A stretch of DNA of 64,000 nt from Tubiluchus corallicola (lineage: Eukaryota; Animalia; Priapulida). The stretch is taken from NCBI GenBank assembly GCA_030141605.1, contig JAQGDQ010000414.1:141039-205038 (forward strand). Reading direction: 5' to 3'. Shown here one piece after another: positions 13,625 through 26,188 of the stretch. Made by a program: the position numbers and the translations under genes. Below the pieces are notes generated by a model. The model saw nothing but the letters and a program-made list of their open reading frames with translations. It was not told the origin of the DNA and made no database searches. How positions within the stretch are numbered: position 1 is the stretch's first letter; the number at the start of each line of letters is the position of its first letter.

Positions 13625-16282
13625 GTGGTAGGTAAACACTTAATGTAAACGCACCGTAACCTATCTTCCAAAAACTGTCTAGTGGAACCAGGAGTGAAAC
13701 TTTAATTAACGCACTATGTGAAATACTGGCAAAATTACTTACTATGACAAGCACTTCATGACAAAGTGAAGGTTAGTGATCATCATCTCACAAACAAAAG
13801 TGGTATAGCAATTTGAAACTTTTGTATACATAATACTCGTGACAAGTATTTAGGGGAAAAATTGCATAAATACCCTGTATGAAGCTACAAAAAAAAATTT
13901 AACACGTGTCGCCAAAATGTAGTCTGCAGTAAGGACTGTTTCCCACAGTTAATGTCAGAAAGTCTAATAATTTACCCATACTGGCAATACATATATGTGT
14001 AATTATTTGCAATTATAGATGTTATTAACATACATGTGCATCAGTGAGTGGATAGAAACTTTCATTGTTTAGGGCAGTTGCTTCAAGTGCACAAAAAAAG
14101 TTTAAACAATATTAGTTTATAATTATGATTAACGTACCAGAAAAATTCTTGTCATTAAGTATCTTCTCGCGTAGTTTGATGATTCAAGGGAAATACAAAC
14201 AGGAATTCCAAGGTCTGGCGTTCGAATCGTCCTTGAGTTAAGACTTATGATCTTATACGTATGTTTTATATTATGTGATAACACCATTGCATAGTTGAGA
14301 ACATTTTTGATAGGTTGTTATTTTATTTTCTGCTACAAAATGTAGTCCATTACAAAAGATATCTATTACAACAGACCTATTACATAGACGATGTCTGTTA
14401 ATAGTTTCTATTACAACAGATCGTGAGTGACACCGAGGCTAATTAGCATTACTAATTTGTATAGTTTCTAATGTCATTATTAGCATGCAAAGAGGTATTA
14501 TTAATGCCTCTTCTTGACCAAAGCCAATGCATGTGATTTTAGCTTACTCAGTGGCTTTAACTCTTAGGCATTTGTTTCTGCTTCTCTAGCTTCTCCCAAG
14601 AGGTGCTCACAGTGTCAGAGAGACAAAGCCTAGAGCTATTATTAATGTGAAAATTTGTCAATTAAGAGAAGTCTGCATTATCCACGTGTATTATTAGACA
14701 ATAATGTTCTCCTGTAAGGATGTAGAAGCACTTCTCCCGAAGGAGACACACCATTCACCTGAAAGTTGATTCGACCACGACCACACATGCTGCGCTGCCA
14801 TTGTAAAATTTCTTCATACAAAAGCAACCTTTGCACGCTTAAGAATTTATTCTTAGCGGAAACATTCTAAGATAGGAGGTGCCATATTGCGTAACAGTTA
14901 TAAAAGGCCAGTAGGAAAAATTTTCTTTTTTGGGGCGCTGCATTTCAGGTGTGGAGCTTAGAAGTTTGCCAATATCATCAAACAGGATTAATCACTAGTC
15001 TCAACCTACGTGTACCTGAGGTGAAACGAATAATCACCAAAATTAACAATTAAGTATTAAGTTTCAACGCTAGTACAAGAAATGACACATATTGATGTCC
15101 AAATATGGATTTTTTTAAATATTAATACGAACTTATATAATGATATAAGCATCTTTATGTACAAAACTCAAACGACGCATCATTAAGTGTGCAACTGTTG
15201 TTTAGATTTCTGATACGCAACTGCGTCAGTTGCAAAAATATGTAAAACAAGTGTGAAAATTACTATACTAACTAGGTACTGAATGTTTGCAAAACATAAA
15301 ATTATTTAAGATACATTGATGTAATAGATTGAAAAGATACAGTGAAAATAATCATTGCTTGTAAATAGCTAAAGCATTCATATAGTACAAAATGTGCCTT
15401 ACTTTACACTTACTAAACAAAAACTAATTTATAACGAAGAAAAAGAAAGAAATCATTTTTACTAACAACAGAAACTAACATAATTAACGACATTAGTATT
15501 CAGTTTAAATGATTAGGATTTTTATTGTTCAAATATGAAACAAATTTCCATACTTGAATGTAAATTGCTATTATGATGGTCGAAAATTCAAATTTCTTTG
15601 GTATTTATTTGGTATTTTCTATTTTGTACATGGTTTTGCATTTTTATTTCAAAACGTAATGTGTTCCGGTGATTTGTCGCTTGTTTTGCTAGTGAATTAT
15701 ACCAAAAAGGATTGCTTGTTTTATCTACTTTATATTAAATGTTCTAGAGTTTAGATCAGGGGTGTGAAAGAAAGGCAAATTGAAATCAGAACCGTGTGTC
15801 AAGTTGCCTAAGATAAATTACTAATAAAGCTACGCGACAAACTCCGATAGTTGTTAGTGATAGATACTCAATGGCTATTGGTATAATGCTGGTGCACAGT
15901 TTCAAGCAGAAGACATCACTAAACCGTGCGTATTGTACACACATTTTGAAATGTGTTCAACATTGTGTGCTTGACATTTGTATTACTAGTACTCTTCTAA
16001 AAATTCAATTATTATATAAAATTGCATCTTTGCAGGCAGCCTTGCTGCTTGTATCCTTCTCTAAGCGAGCAGGAGGGTTAAACAATGAAAGGCAAAATGT
16101 AACTTTAGTGAACTGGACTGACCAGGTATTGGATTAATTAGTTAATTGACAATATACAGGTCGAACAATCAGACCAGTCATACCAGATGCTTTAAAAACT
16201 GTAGCGGCTATTGTCCTGCTTGGGGTGTAGTACCTAGTGTAAAAGTGGTGTAATAATCTTCAAAAAATTAATTTAAATAAAG

Positions 16283-16368
<86 letters not shown>

Positions 16369-16417
16369 CATCATTATTATTATTATTATTACTATTATTA
16401 TTATTATTATTATTATT
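16283..16417. repeat. (ATT)n microsatellite
   Basis: Directly visible. Confidence 0.95.
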
Positions 16418-16589
16418 GCAATACGAATTTCGACTATTGAAATGGCTCATTTTGTATTGCGTCTCAGGGATTATTTCAGGAACAGTGTTGTTAAACATTA
16501 AAATTTTATTTTCCTTTTCCACCAAAATGCACCTAATTCCGTTTCTTTTCTGCCTCTGTTGCTCTAAACATCTATTGCAGACATTGGGC

Positions 16590-17100
16590 CATGTCATTAA
16601 TTAGAGCGCCACTGTTTCCTGTCTGCAGTAAATTTAATAGGTTTCGTAGGTTTCAGTTTGTCGTTTAATGCTAAAGCTTAGGTGCTGTTTCTGACAATCT
16701 CACTAAATGTCTACCCATTTTAGTCTTCTGATTCTAATTTAGTGCTCCAGAAAAGTTCCTCTTTGGTTCTGCTATACAGCTGCTCATTTAAAATGATATA
16801 TGATTTTATTTTTTTTTATTTTTTATTTTTAAGATTTTTCTGAGCAGACCTCTGTAAAACACATCTATTCTGCTTCCTGCGTTGCAGTCAAGCCCCACAT
16901 TTCAGTGTTGCACATGAAGATAGCAGTTACATATGCATTGAAGAATCGCAGCCCTGTTTTGAGGGATAGTTTCATGCTGGTTAGAATTGATTTATTTTGG
17001 ATAAAATCGTAGATTGCCCATTGCTTCCTATTTTTGATATCATCTTCTGTGTTAGGTAGTGATCCCATGTATTTGCAACGCTTCCAGGATTTCCGTCCCG
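16590..17100 (-). mobile_element. Degenerate RTE-like LINE reverse transcriptase C-terminal fragment
   Basis: WKRCKYMGSLPNTEDDIKNRK..LSLKTGLRFFNAYVTAIFMCNTEMW (cf. KYLGS..I..R..LY..E.W), then NEQLYSRTK..RRLKW..HLVRL and DRKQWR, interrupted by stops and frameshifts. Confidence 0.85.
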
Positions 17101-17626
17101 TGATATGTTAAATTCTTTAGTTTGATTCTATTTAATTTCTGTTATTATTTTAAATTCGCGTGCAGCTCAACATTTCGCTTTCAATAACGCAAAAACACGA
17201 TAAACACATGAAATATTAAATAAACAATGATAAACGAACACTTGAATAAATGACAAAAATAAGTTTAATGAATGGAAAAACAAACAATGTTAGAAAATTC
17301 AGAAACGTAACAGTTTTAGTTTGGTATTACTTAAAGTGAAAAAAGAATTCAAATTGAATCATTAACAATTTTATTATTAAATAAACAAAAATATTAAAAG
17401 CGTCCGAGGTCCGCATGGCCCCAAGTCACATCCAGTCATTACTGCTGCATCCTACGACAGAACCCATTCCTCTTTTGCCATGGAAACCCGAATAGTCTGA
17501 GAAATCCTGCTAAACACATTCATGAATGACCTTCAGAGTCCCTGCGAAAAATTCAGTCTTCATTTGGGGGCCTATGCAGCACCCCGGACCGCGACGCTGC
17601 TCTGTTTCATCTTCACACCATGGAAC

Positions 17627-18097
17627 TCAATGGATCAAGTGAAGCTCTCCATCCCCCTCAGGTAGTAACTCAATAATGAGTTCGTCAGCAGATATTTCGG
17701 TTACTTCCATATCTGATTCCTCCCGTTCGCTCTCATCGTTAGCAGCCTCGGTTGGTAAAGGAACCACGTGCGCCCATTGACGTGCGTTGTGGATCCTGTT
17801 GGATCTCACCAATTTTGCTATTCGGCTTCTAACCCTTTTAAAAAAGCGGGGTCGTGCATTCGAAGTTAGCTTCTCTATCTCCTCGTCCACATTGCAACCG
17901 CTGGATAATGGTACAATATTTGTCCAGGTTACCTCACTGCAGTTGAACCTTGGTCGACGACTAACCAGATCTATCACCCTTGTCTTCAATCTTTTGAAGA
18001 CGTCAGTTTGGGCCGTATCAAAGATATCGTCTTTATTTTGTGCGATTCTTATTGCAACAACTCTGTCCCTGCTGAACAGCCTCCTGAAATACTCCAT
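17627..18097 (-). CDS. Orphan 156-aa ORF nested in the SoxD intron, same strand; internal repeat and acidic tail
   Basis: Complex, GC-richer 471-nt ORF. Internal repeat FKRLKTRVIDLVS..WTNIVPL / FKRVRSRIAKLVR..WAHVVPL; acidic C-terminus; minus-strand AATAAA near 17372-17377; TATA-like sequence near 18230. No family recognised. Confidence 0.5.
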   Translation of the reverse strand: MEYFRRLFSRDRVVAIRIAQNKDDIFDTAQTDVFKRLKTRVIDLVSRRPRFNCSEVTWTNIVPLSSGCNVDEEIEKLTSNARPRFFKRVRSRIAKLVRSNRIHNARQWAHVVPLPTEAANDESEREESDMEVTEISADELIIELLPEGDGELHLIH

Positions 18098-20292
18098 AAC
18101 TCTCCAAAATCAGGATAAAAAAGAATAATATGCGAGAAAAGAAAAAACTCTGCCGTTTACCATGAAACTTCAGAAATGTGTACGCGTCAGTAATAAGCAT
18201 GACGAAAGACACTGTGTTATGACGCAAATATTATAACAGCGCGTAATATAAACTCGGCGGTCAGTAGATGTTATTAATTATGCCACTTTATTTTAATGAA
18301 AAGCTCTACGTTGTCTGGATCTAGACAGAGAATTCACTGTACAAAAAACTTCACAGTAGTATTTTAGTAAAAACTTGATTAGCGCGTCCAAACCTGATTA
18401 AACTAGAAACTTTTCCGACCTGTTCAACTTAATTTTTAATATTGAATTGCAAGAGGTACCTCGCCTAGAAGGGCTAAAACTACCCAGGTTGGTTCGGTAC
18501 CAGCAGATGAGGAGGCCAAGCAGTCTATAACTCTTCCAAGAAACAACAGAATGATGTTTGAGATAAATGACAACTTTATTGGCAATTTACATGAAGTAGA
18601 TTCAAAAATAATGATGAAATAGGGTTTACACATAACTTGGCTTCAACAGAAACTTACATTTAGCGTTACATTTTTTGTTATTTTTTTAAAAATTGTGTAC
18701 AGGAAAAAGATAAAAGATAAGATAAGGTGCATTTATTACTGGTAAAAAGTAAAAACTGCTACACATGTACAGAACTACATGTATAACTGTTATTTCAAAA
18801 TCCAAAATATTTGACTCCATCAGTTTGTCGATGGCACTCTTGTGAAATTAAACGCACAAATGGACACAGGTTCGAATCCCAATGGAACCAATGTAGTAAT
18901 GCGCGTAAATCCATAGCCCTGACTCCAATATTTTAGTTTATTAATAACATATAATATCCATAGCGAATCTACAAGCGTGACAATAAGGATGAGGATTTCT
19001 GCAGCCACCAACAGATTGGGTGTGTAACTGAATTTAGATACCTTTGTGACGTCATACATACTTCATGTATTTTGGAAAGGGATTCTCACTACCCTTGACT
19101 AGGGTTTGAACTCATGCACTGAAACTCGTAGCACCTGTATTATTTCTGCTTCAATGTTCCTTCAGATTTTTCTGAAAACCACTCGGAACCAGTAACGTCA
19201 GTAAATGTCTATTAAAAACTACGAAAAGTTTTACTAATGACGGGAAAATGCTAAAGTCATGGTCACTGGTAATTGGCAAGTGAAGTCTTTGTAGGACATT
19301 GAAGGCAATGAAAACTTTGTCGAATGTTTGAAGCCTAGACACATTGAAGTCCCTAAACCGCTGCTGTTGACTTTAAGCCAGTGAAGACCTTGTTACTGAT
19401 TTGAAACCTTTATAACGACCTTGTCACTCAGGAGAAGTTGCTCCATAGTCTTATGTGTAACTTAAGTAACATTGTTCAATTTCAGTAAGTTCTTAGTTCA
19501 TTGAATAGATAAAGATACTGGGGCAGTAATTGTGGCAATGGTTAAACGTAATGTCATCACCACCACCCAAAGTGCCTGCCTTCTCCCTGGAGAGTTCTGG
19601 TCCATTGCGGTTAAGCATTACTTATAGTCACATCAATGACTGTGAAAGGACAGAGATATGCACAATATGTACGGTGGCCATTACTATTCAAATTGCAATC
19701 GCTCCACGTCGCCCCCTAGGAGTTGTTGACGGCGCAAAACAAAAGACCATCTAATAGACTATAATACCTTTAGTCTTGTCGGCTTTCAACCCTGCTTAAT
19801 GTTTGTCTGCTCAGTAAAGGAACTGAATCCACTTGGGCTGTGTTTATGAACTTTATAGAAATAATGCTGACACATTGGCATAAAAGGTTAAATATGGCTT
19901 CATATAATTTATATAAGCTTGAACAACATTTGGAGTTTTAAAGCGTCATTTTAATAGAATTTTAATAAAGTTGGTTCTTCCTGCCAAAGTTCGTCTTTGA
20001 CTACTTTATGCTGGCTGAGGTTAACAGTTATTTCTGTTGACCGTCTCCAATTGAGCACTCAGACAACTACGTTTTTGGTGGAACTTTTCTAGTGAGTTTT
20101 TAATCTACATTGCGAATTACAGTATGCTAGAGAGACACCAAGAAATGGTTGCCCCATTTGCAAAATAGACTCCGAAACTCTATCAGTTAGCTGAAACCAT
20201 ACTCTTTGGTGCTAATATAAGACGAAAATTAGTGTGTATTAGTAAAGAATGAACAGCGTATATACTTTTCCATAAAATGCAAATATTTGTAC

Positions 20293-20870
20293 CATAGACG
20301 TACGGCAGGAAGCTTCACAAGGGTGAGGGGGGGTGTCTAAGGAATTTGCCCTGAAAATTTTCCAAGTTGCCCTAATTTGAGGGAGACAATCATCTCCAGG
20401 CACCCCAAAGCAATTGCAATAGCAATAGTTTCACTGCAAAAAAACATACAAATACTTTCACAATACGTTTTCTAACATTTCGGAAATTGAAAAGAAATGA
20501 TGATCATGACGGTTTATGTTTTTCTTTTGCCCTACGTGTCTATAAGTTTGCCAGCACATTGAGGTACATGTACTTAACAAGTGTAACATATGAGGTTTAG
20601 TGAACTAAATTTGATAGCAGGCACTATTATACCTTTACAATTATTAAAAGTTAAAAACAATTCGTCGTACAAGAAACACTATAACTGCAGCCAGTGAAAA
20701 GTGGTATGCCTAATGCAGTACGTAAACAATTTTTGAACATTGAAATCTTAAATTTTGAAATTTTAAATCAGAATTATTTGCTCCGAAAATAATCAGCTTT
20801 TGCCCTGAAAATGGACAATTCATTTTGTACTGAGAAAGCAACCGCCCCTCTTGCCTTGTACGTTTGTACC
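20293..20870. mobile_element. Degenerate MITE-like element with G-rich/C-rich ends
   Basis: CATAGACGTAC..GGGGGGG left end, repeated TTTGCCCTGAAAAT, GCCCC..GTACG right end; termini poorly matched. Confidence 0.3.
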
Positions 20871-22856
20871 GGCGGGGTGTCACTTCATATAAACACGAGT
20901 GTTCATTCCTATCGCCTCCAGCACCCTTTTGGTACAAATGATTCTATTGCAATGAGAAATCACAGAAGCCGTAATCAGAATTGTAACGCAAGTTTACCAC
21001 CTCCACTACAACCTTTCCTTTGTTATGTAACTTTAATTTTCTCCACCACGTGGTGATCTATCTGCCCCGGAACTTTCTCCTCGTTGACAGTCGAACAAAA
21101 AGACAAAGAAACGTTACTTTGCAACACTGGCTCGTACATCACCATTCTCCTTAATTCTGTAAAATGTAAACTGATTTGCTCTGAAAGATTGCAATGATTT
21201 TGAATAAGCCAGGCAAATGAATGTTCTCACTTGCATGCTAAAAAATTTAATGTTTTAAACGACCTACGCTTATCCTCTGTCAACGAGTCGCAGCATTGAA
21301 GGCCTATAGAGGTTATTTGCACCAACCAAAAAATTGCATATTTGATTCTCGGCTGGGATTTTTTTAGGTTTGTGATAACGCCCTGTTTCGATGTACAGTT
21401 CATGAGAACTTATTCTCTAAGTTTAGTGAGTAATAGAGGATGAATTATAAACAAGTTCAGAAAGCACGAAAATCTGGAAATGATAAGATAATAAGAAAAC
21501 GGGAATAATATGTATAGTAGGTTTTTACACTTCCCTTTTACAGCTAGTTACTCGTTTTAGACAGATGTTGAAGTGTTAAAAGTATAAACAGGCGATTCAC
21601 GCGGGCAATATTTAAGTTTCGCATTGGAAAGAGATATATGAACGTGAACGATATTAAAAAATCAAAATAAATTATATTTTGCTTAAATTTTGCTTTGTTG
21701 GTTTGAAAGTTTAGATAAACATTTTGGAAAATGAAGCATTTTTTCATTCTTTAGCAGCTACAGGGTTATTTTCAGTTCCCACATTTGGTTGCGACATTTA
21801 TTAAACTGTGCTCACTGTTGATATTGTTGATATCAAAAAGTATAAAGTTACAAGTGTTTCCGATTTTAATAAAATTCGTGAGTGTATTGGAAAAAAGAAC
21901 AAAAGTGTGCGCATGTGCGCAAGACAGATGAAAACAGCAGAAAGAAAGTAAAGAGAAAGAAAGAAGAAAAGAAAAAATAAAGAAAGATATTATTATGAAG
22001 AAATCTTCTATTAGAAAGATAGAAAGAATAAAAGGAAAAACAAAGAGAGAAACAAAGAATGAATGGAAAATAAATAAATGAATGAATAATGAATGAGCGA
22101 GCGAACGAATGAATGAATGAATAAACGAACGAATTAAGAACGAAAAAAGAAAGACAGAACAAACAAATAACGAAAGAGAGAAGGAAAGAAGAAGAAGGAG
22201 GGAAAAAAGCAACAACAGTAAAAAGAACCGCAGAAGGAAAGAAAAAAGAAAGGAAAGAAAGAGCGAGCAAATATATTAACAAAGGACGGAAAGAGAAGAT
22301 ACAGCGACAAACATTTAATGCTCTGCTAATGATCAATTATGACAAATCTATTGTAAAAGATAAGAACTCACTGTTACATTTTGCACCTAAAATCATTGTA
22401 GTCCAGTCAATTTCAAGCATGCTTATCACAACGCAGGCGCCTTTAAATCAAATATTAATGTGTTTTTTCATAAATAAAATACATTTTCTCTCCTTACGTG
22501 TGGCTTCTTTTTGCGCTGTCAATTGCACAATGATTGTCGTGACAAAGTGTCAATTGATCAAACTGAGCACAATTCATGACAGCCTAGTAGAAAGGCGGGG
22601 TGGATCCAAAATAGTAAAGCCTCGAATATCGGGGTTACTGGCTGATCCATAATAGTGCAGCAGAAGTGAAGCACAGAGCGTACCTCAAAAAGTAAACTCT
22701 TATAGCAGTCGGCTATTGGTAGATCTGTGATGGGGGGGGCAGAAAAATTTGGGTGGGTCTAAAATCACGTGCTGGAAAAAAGGAGTAGATTGTGCATAAT
22801 TGACTGTCAATTAGCTGTAGGTGATGACAGTCATTGTGTAAAGATAAAAGCTGCAG

Positions 22857-23150
22857 ATGACATTAGTGGATGACGAAGAAGAAGATGACGATGACGATGA
22901 TAATGGCCATAATGACAACATTTCTAGAAGGAGAAGAAAAAAAGAAAGTATAAGCAGGAGCAGAAAAAGAGAACAAGGTCAAGATGATAATGGTGGTGAT
23001 GATGGTGATGATGCTAATTACAGCGTTGAGATGGCACTGATGACGACGACGACGATGATCGTGATGATGGCGATGATGATGATGGTGGTGGTGGTGCTGG
23101 TGGTGGCAATGACGACGATGATGATGATGATGATGATGATGATGACAATA
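22857..23150. repeat. Degenerate (GAT/GAC/GGT)n tract
   Basis: Directly visible. Confidence 0.9.
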
Positions 23151-23941
23151 ATAAGGAGAGAAGCAAGTTGTTTGATTCCTTTCTTGCTTCCTTCATCGTG
23201 ACAACAATTCAGTTTTATTTTGTTTATTGTTTATCTGTTGTTTTAAATTCACGGTTACCAGAAAAACAAACCTCAGGTTTCTTTATAAATTGCTTGCCTC
23301 CGGTTCACGTAATACCATTGTCATAAGCATCATTCATTTTTATGACAAACATATTTCTCCCTAGTTTTTCTAAGCAAATGTACGAAACTTGACAAAATTC
23401 TTAATTATTGTTTTCCATATTGTCTTCCTCTCTTATTGTTTGGACTCTGTCCTGGATGCGCTCGCAGATTGATTATTACAGGATCCGCACTTTGTTAGCA
23501 CTTTTGCTGCGTTATATTGTCAATAATAAAACGCCTTTCCATCGATCAGAAGAACAAAACATCTGCCAGCATCCCACACTGCATACCAACGTTCTTTTAG
23601 ATGGAAAAAATGTTGGGAAAGATCCTGCCAAACGTGGGAACATTTCCCGGTAGCGGTGGGCATAACTGTTAACAAAACAACCAGTGAACGACCATTCACG
23701 TTACAGTATTATGTGTTTTGATCAAATAAAAATAACACATTGGTGAAATTCTAGCAGTTTTGGCCCCCATCATTTACAATTGTCGTCAAGTAAAATCCGA
23801 GCCGACACAGTTTGAATCTGGTATTTAGAGCCACAAACGTTTGATTCAAGATATTTGCATGACTAAATTGAGCGTATTGTGTTATTTTTGGTAACCAAAT
23901 TTGTTTACAGCAGTCAAATATTTGGGCTCAAGGTGCTCATA

Positions 23942-24155
23942 TGATCAAGATGCTATTGAAGCTCAAAATAATTCTATTCTATTCTATTCTATTCTATTCT
24001 ATTCTATTCTATTCTATTCTATTCTATTCTATTCTATTCTATTCTATTCTATTCTATTCTATTCTATTCTATTCTATTCTATTCTACTCTATTCTATTTT
24101 ATTCTATTCTTTTCTATCCTATTATGTGATCAAGACGCTATTGAAGCTCAAAATG
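23942..24155. repeat. (ATTCT)n array flanked by a duplicated 28-mer
   Basis: TGATCAAGAYGCTATTGAAGCTCAAAAT occurs before and after the array. Confidence 0.9.
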
Positions 24156-25450
24156 TATCCTATTGTGTTCTATACTATTGTACATAGAAAGCTCAAAATT
24201 CAGCCATTCCTCTGTTAAAGGTTAGATTTGATCAACGTGTACAAACACGCCGAGAATACAATACACGTTTAATTTTAACTCTCTGATTATGCAGCATCGT
24301 TGTTTGCTATTCAGTTCTAGTGCTAAATTTAGTATTTTGTGTTAATTTGTTTTATGCAAACTTTTTAGGTCGTAACGGCGATTTTTCTATATGGATCTTC
24401 ACAAGAGCGAGACCTCCTCAATAGACAACAATTGCTTGTTTACAGGTCAGGCAAATGTGTGCAACACAATTACTCGGTTCTGTTCACATTAGGTAAAAGT
24501 TTTTAATTGCTCTTGAGCATTATTAGGCGCCCAATTAGCAGCGAACAGCCCACCCCCCTGCAAAATGCTCTCGTCCGGTGCACATGGCTTCACATCTGCC
24601 TGACTGCGCGTCCCGAGCAACTAACAAGACTTCACCTATACAATGGCATGCCTGCTAATCAATACGCTATTATAGCCAATTCTATGGCCGGACCGTGCAA
24701 TTTGGCAAATTTCTAAGGTCTTCGCTAAGAAAAGCGAGAGAAAAGCCAGGAAGGCTTTTGTTCGCGGGCACAATTCCGCTGGCTGCCTCGCCTCCTCCGT
24801 GCGCTGAGTACTTCTAACTATCTACCATTGTTACTGTAAATGGAGAATTGTGCAAGCGAGAGACTCGATCGATGGGCTTCTTTTGTGCGCTTTCGACAAT
24901 AGGGGCTTATCAATTCTCAAGCTTGCAGCCGCTCTAAAATCTTGTTTCTTTTGCCTGGCAAGAAAATAGTATAAATCTTCCATACGGCTGACAGTAGGGA
25001 CAAAAGCCAGCCACTCTCCAGTTGCGTGCCAGCTGACAAAAGGCCGCCGGCAGAAAGCTTTTCAAACTCGTGAAATTCCTTTATGCAGCAAAATTGTTCA
25101 CAACAACACGTGCTAATGTGCCAAAATGGTTTTTATCCCGCGCTAACAAATAAGAACACGCGGAATTGTACAGAACGGAAAGGCGCAGTGATGTAAACAC
25201 AAGAAAAGATGTTACTTTTTCAATGTTTCTCCTTCTCGACAATGGGAACTTGTTGCGGCTCTGGAAAAATAAATTTATTTTTGGACTGCGGATTGTTCAG
25301 TGGCCTTGTCATGACCTTGAGTTCTGGCTTCTGTGGGCGTTAAGAGAAACGTTGCTGCATTGTGGCCAACAATTTAAAAGCTGAAGTTAAAATGAAGTTT
25401 TACTAAGTGAAACCAAACAAGCTGTTTGGAGGAATTGTGCCTTGAATACC

Positions 25451-25644
25451 TTAGTTAGATTATAACTGTTATTGCCAGAGTGTTTACTTAAACCATTGCG
25501 GCTTATTTTTAACAATTATTACCCATTGCGGTAATGAGTTGGAGGGAGAAAGGAGACCACCAGTCCACAATTGTTCTTCCTTCCTCTAACTCATCACCCG
25601 CAATGGGGTAATAACTCTGGCAATCACAGTCATAATCAAACTAA
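25451..25644. mobile_element. Hairpin/foldback MITE-like element
   Basis: Outer IR TTAGTTAGATTATAACTGTTATTGCCAGAGT / ACTCTGGCAATCACAGTCATAATCAAACTAA; inner IR TTATTACCCATTGCGGTAATGAGTTGGAGG / CCTCTAACTCATCACCCGCAATGGGGTAATAA. Confidence 0.75.
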
Positions 25645-26188
25645 TTAATGATATTATTAGTTACGAGCTAATTTGAGAAAAGTTTTTCCATTTATTTATT
25701 CAAATTTGGGTATTTAACCGACAACAGAATAATTGCTTAGGGTTATATAACCTTCCCTACAGGATTGAAGTACCACTAATCGAGATAAATTTCTGAGTTC
25801 AGAACCATTCAAAACTCCCTCAAATCCAGCCTAAATGTACCTATTTTACAGACTTAGGTTAATTAATTGTAAGCAGCTTAACTTAGACACAATTTTTATT
25901 CGAAGACATTAAAGCGTCAATGTAAACTAAACTGACTTGACTTGACTAAATTGAAGCACCTCCAGTAAGAGGCAGCAGAACTTTCCGAACCAAGAGAAGA
26001 GTAATACTGAACCTACTACTAATAATAGTCCACGCTGTGCACTCTAGGAACTAACATATATTTTGTTTAAACAAATTGTTTTACAAAACTTCTAGGTGTC
26101 AGTGAAAGAGAATAGCAGTGGACAAACTGCCCCTTCAAAGTTGTTTTACTTTTATAATTTAGAATATATAAAAGGGCTCAAAGCTTAA

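Noticed and set aside
17787-18128. 113-aa plus-strand ORF
   Set aside because: Antisense shadow of the 156-aa ORF; non-ATG start and no features of its own.
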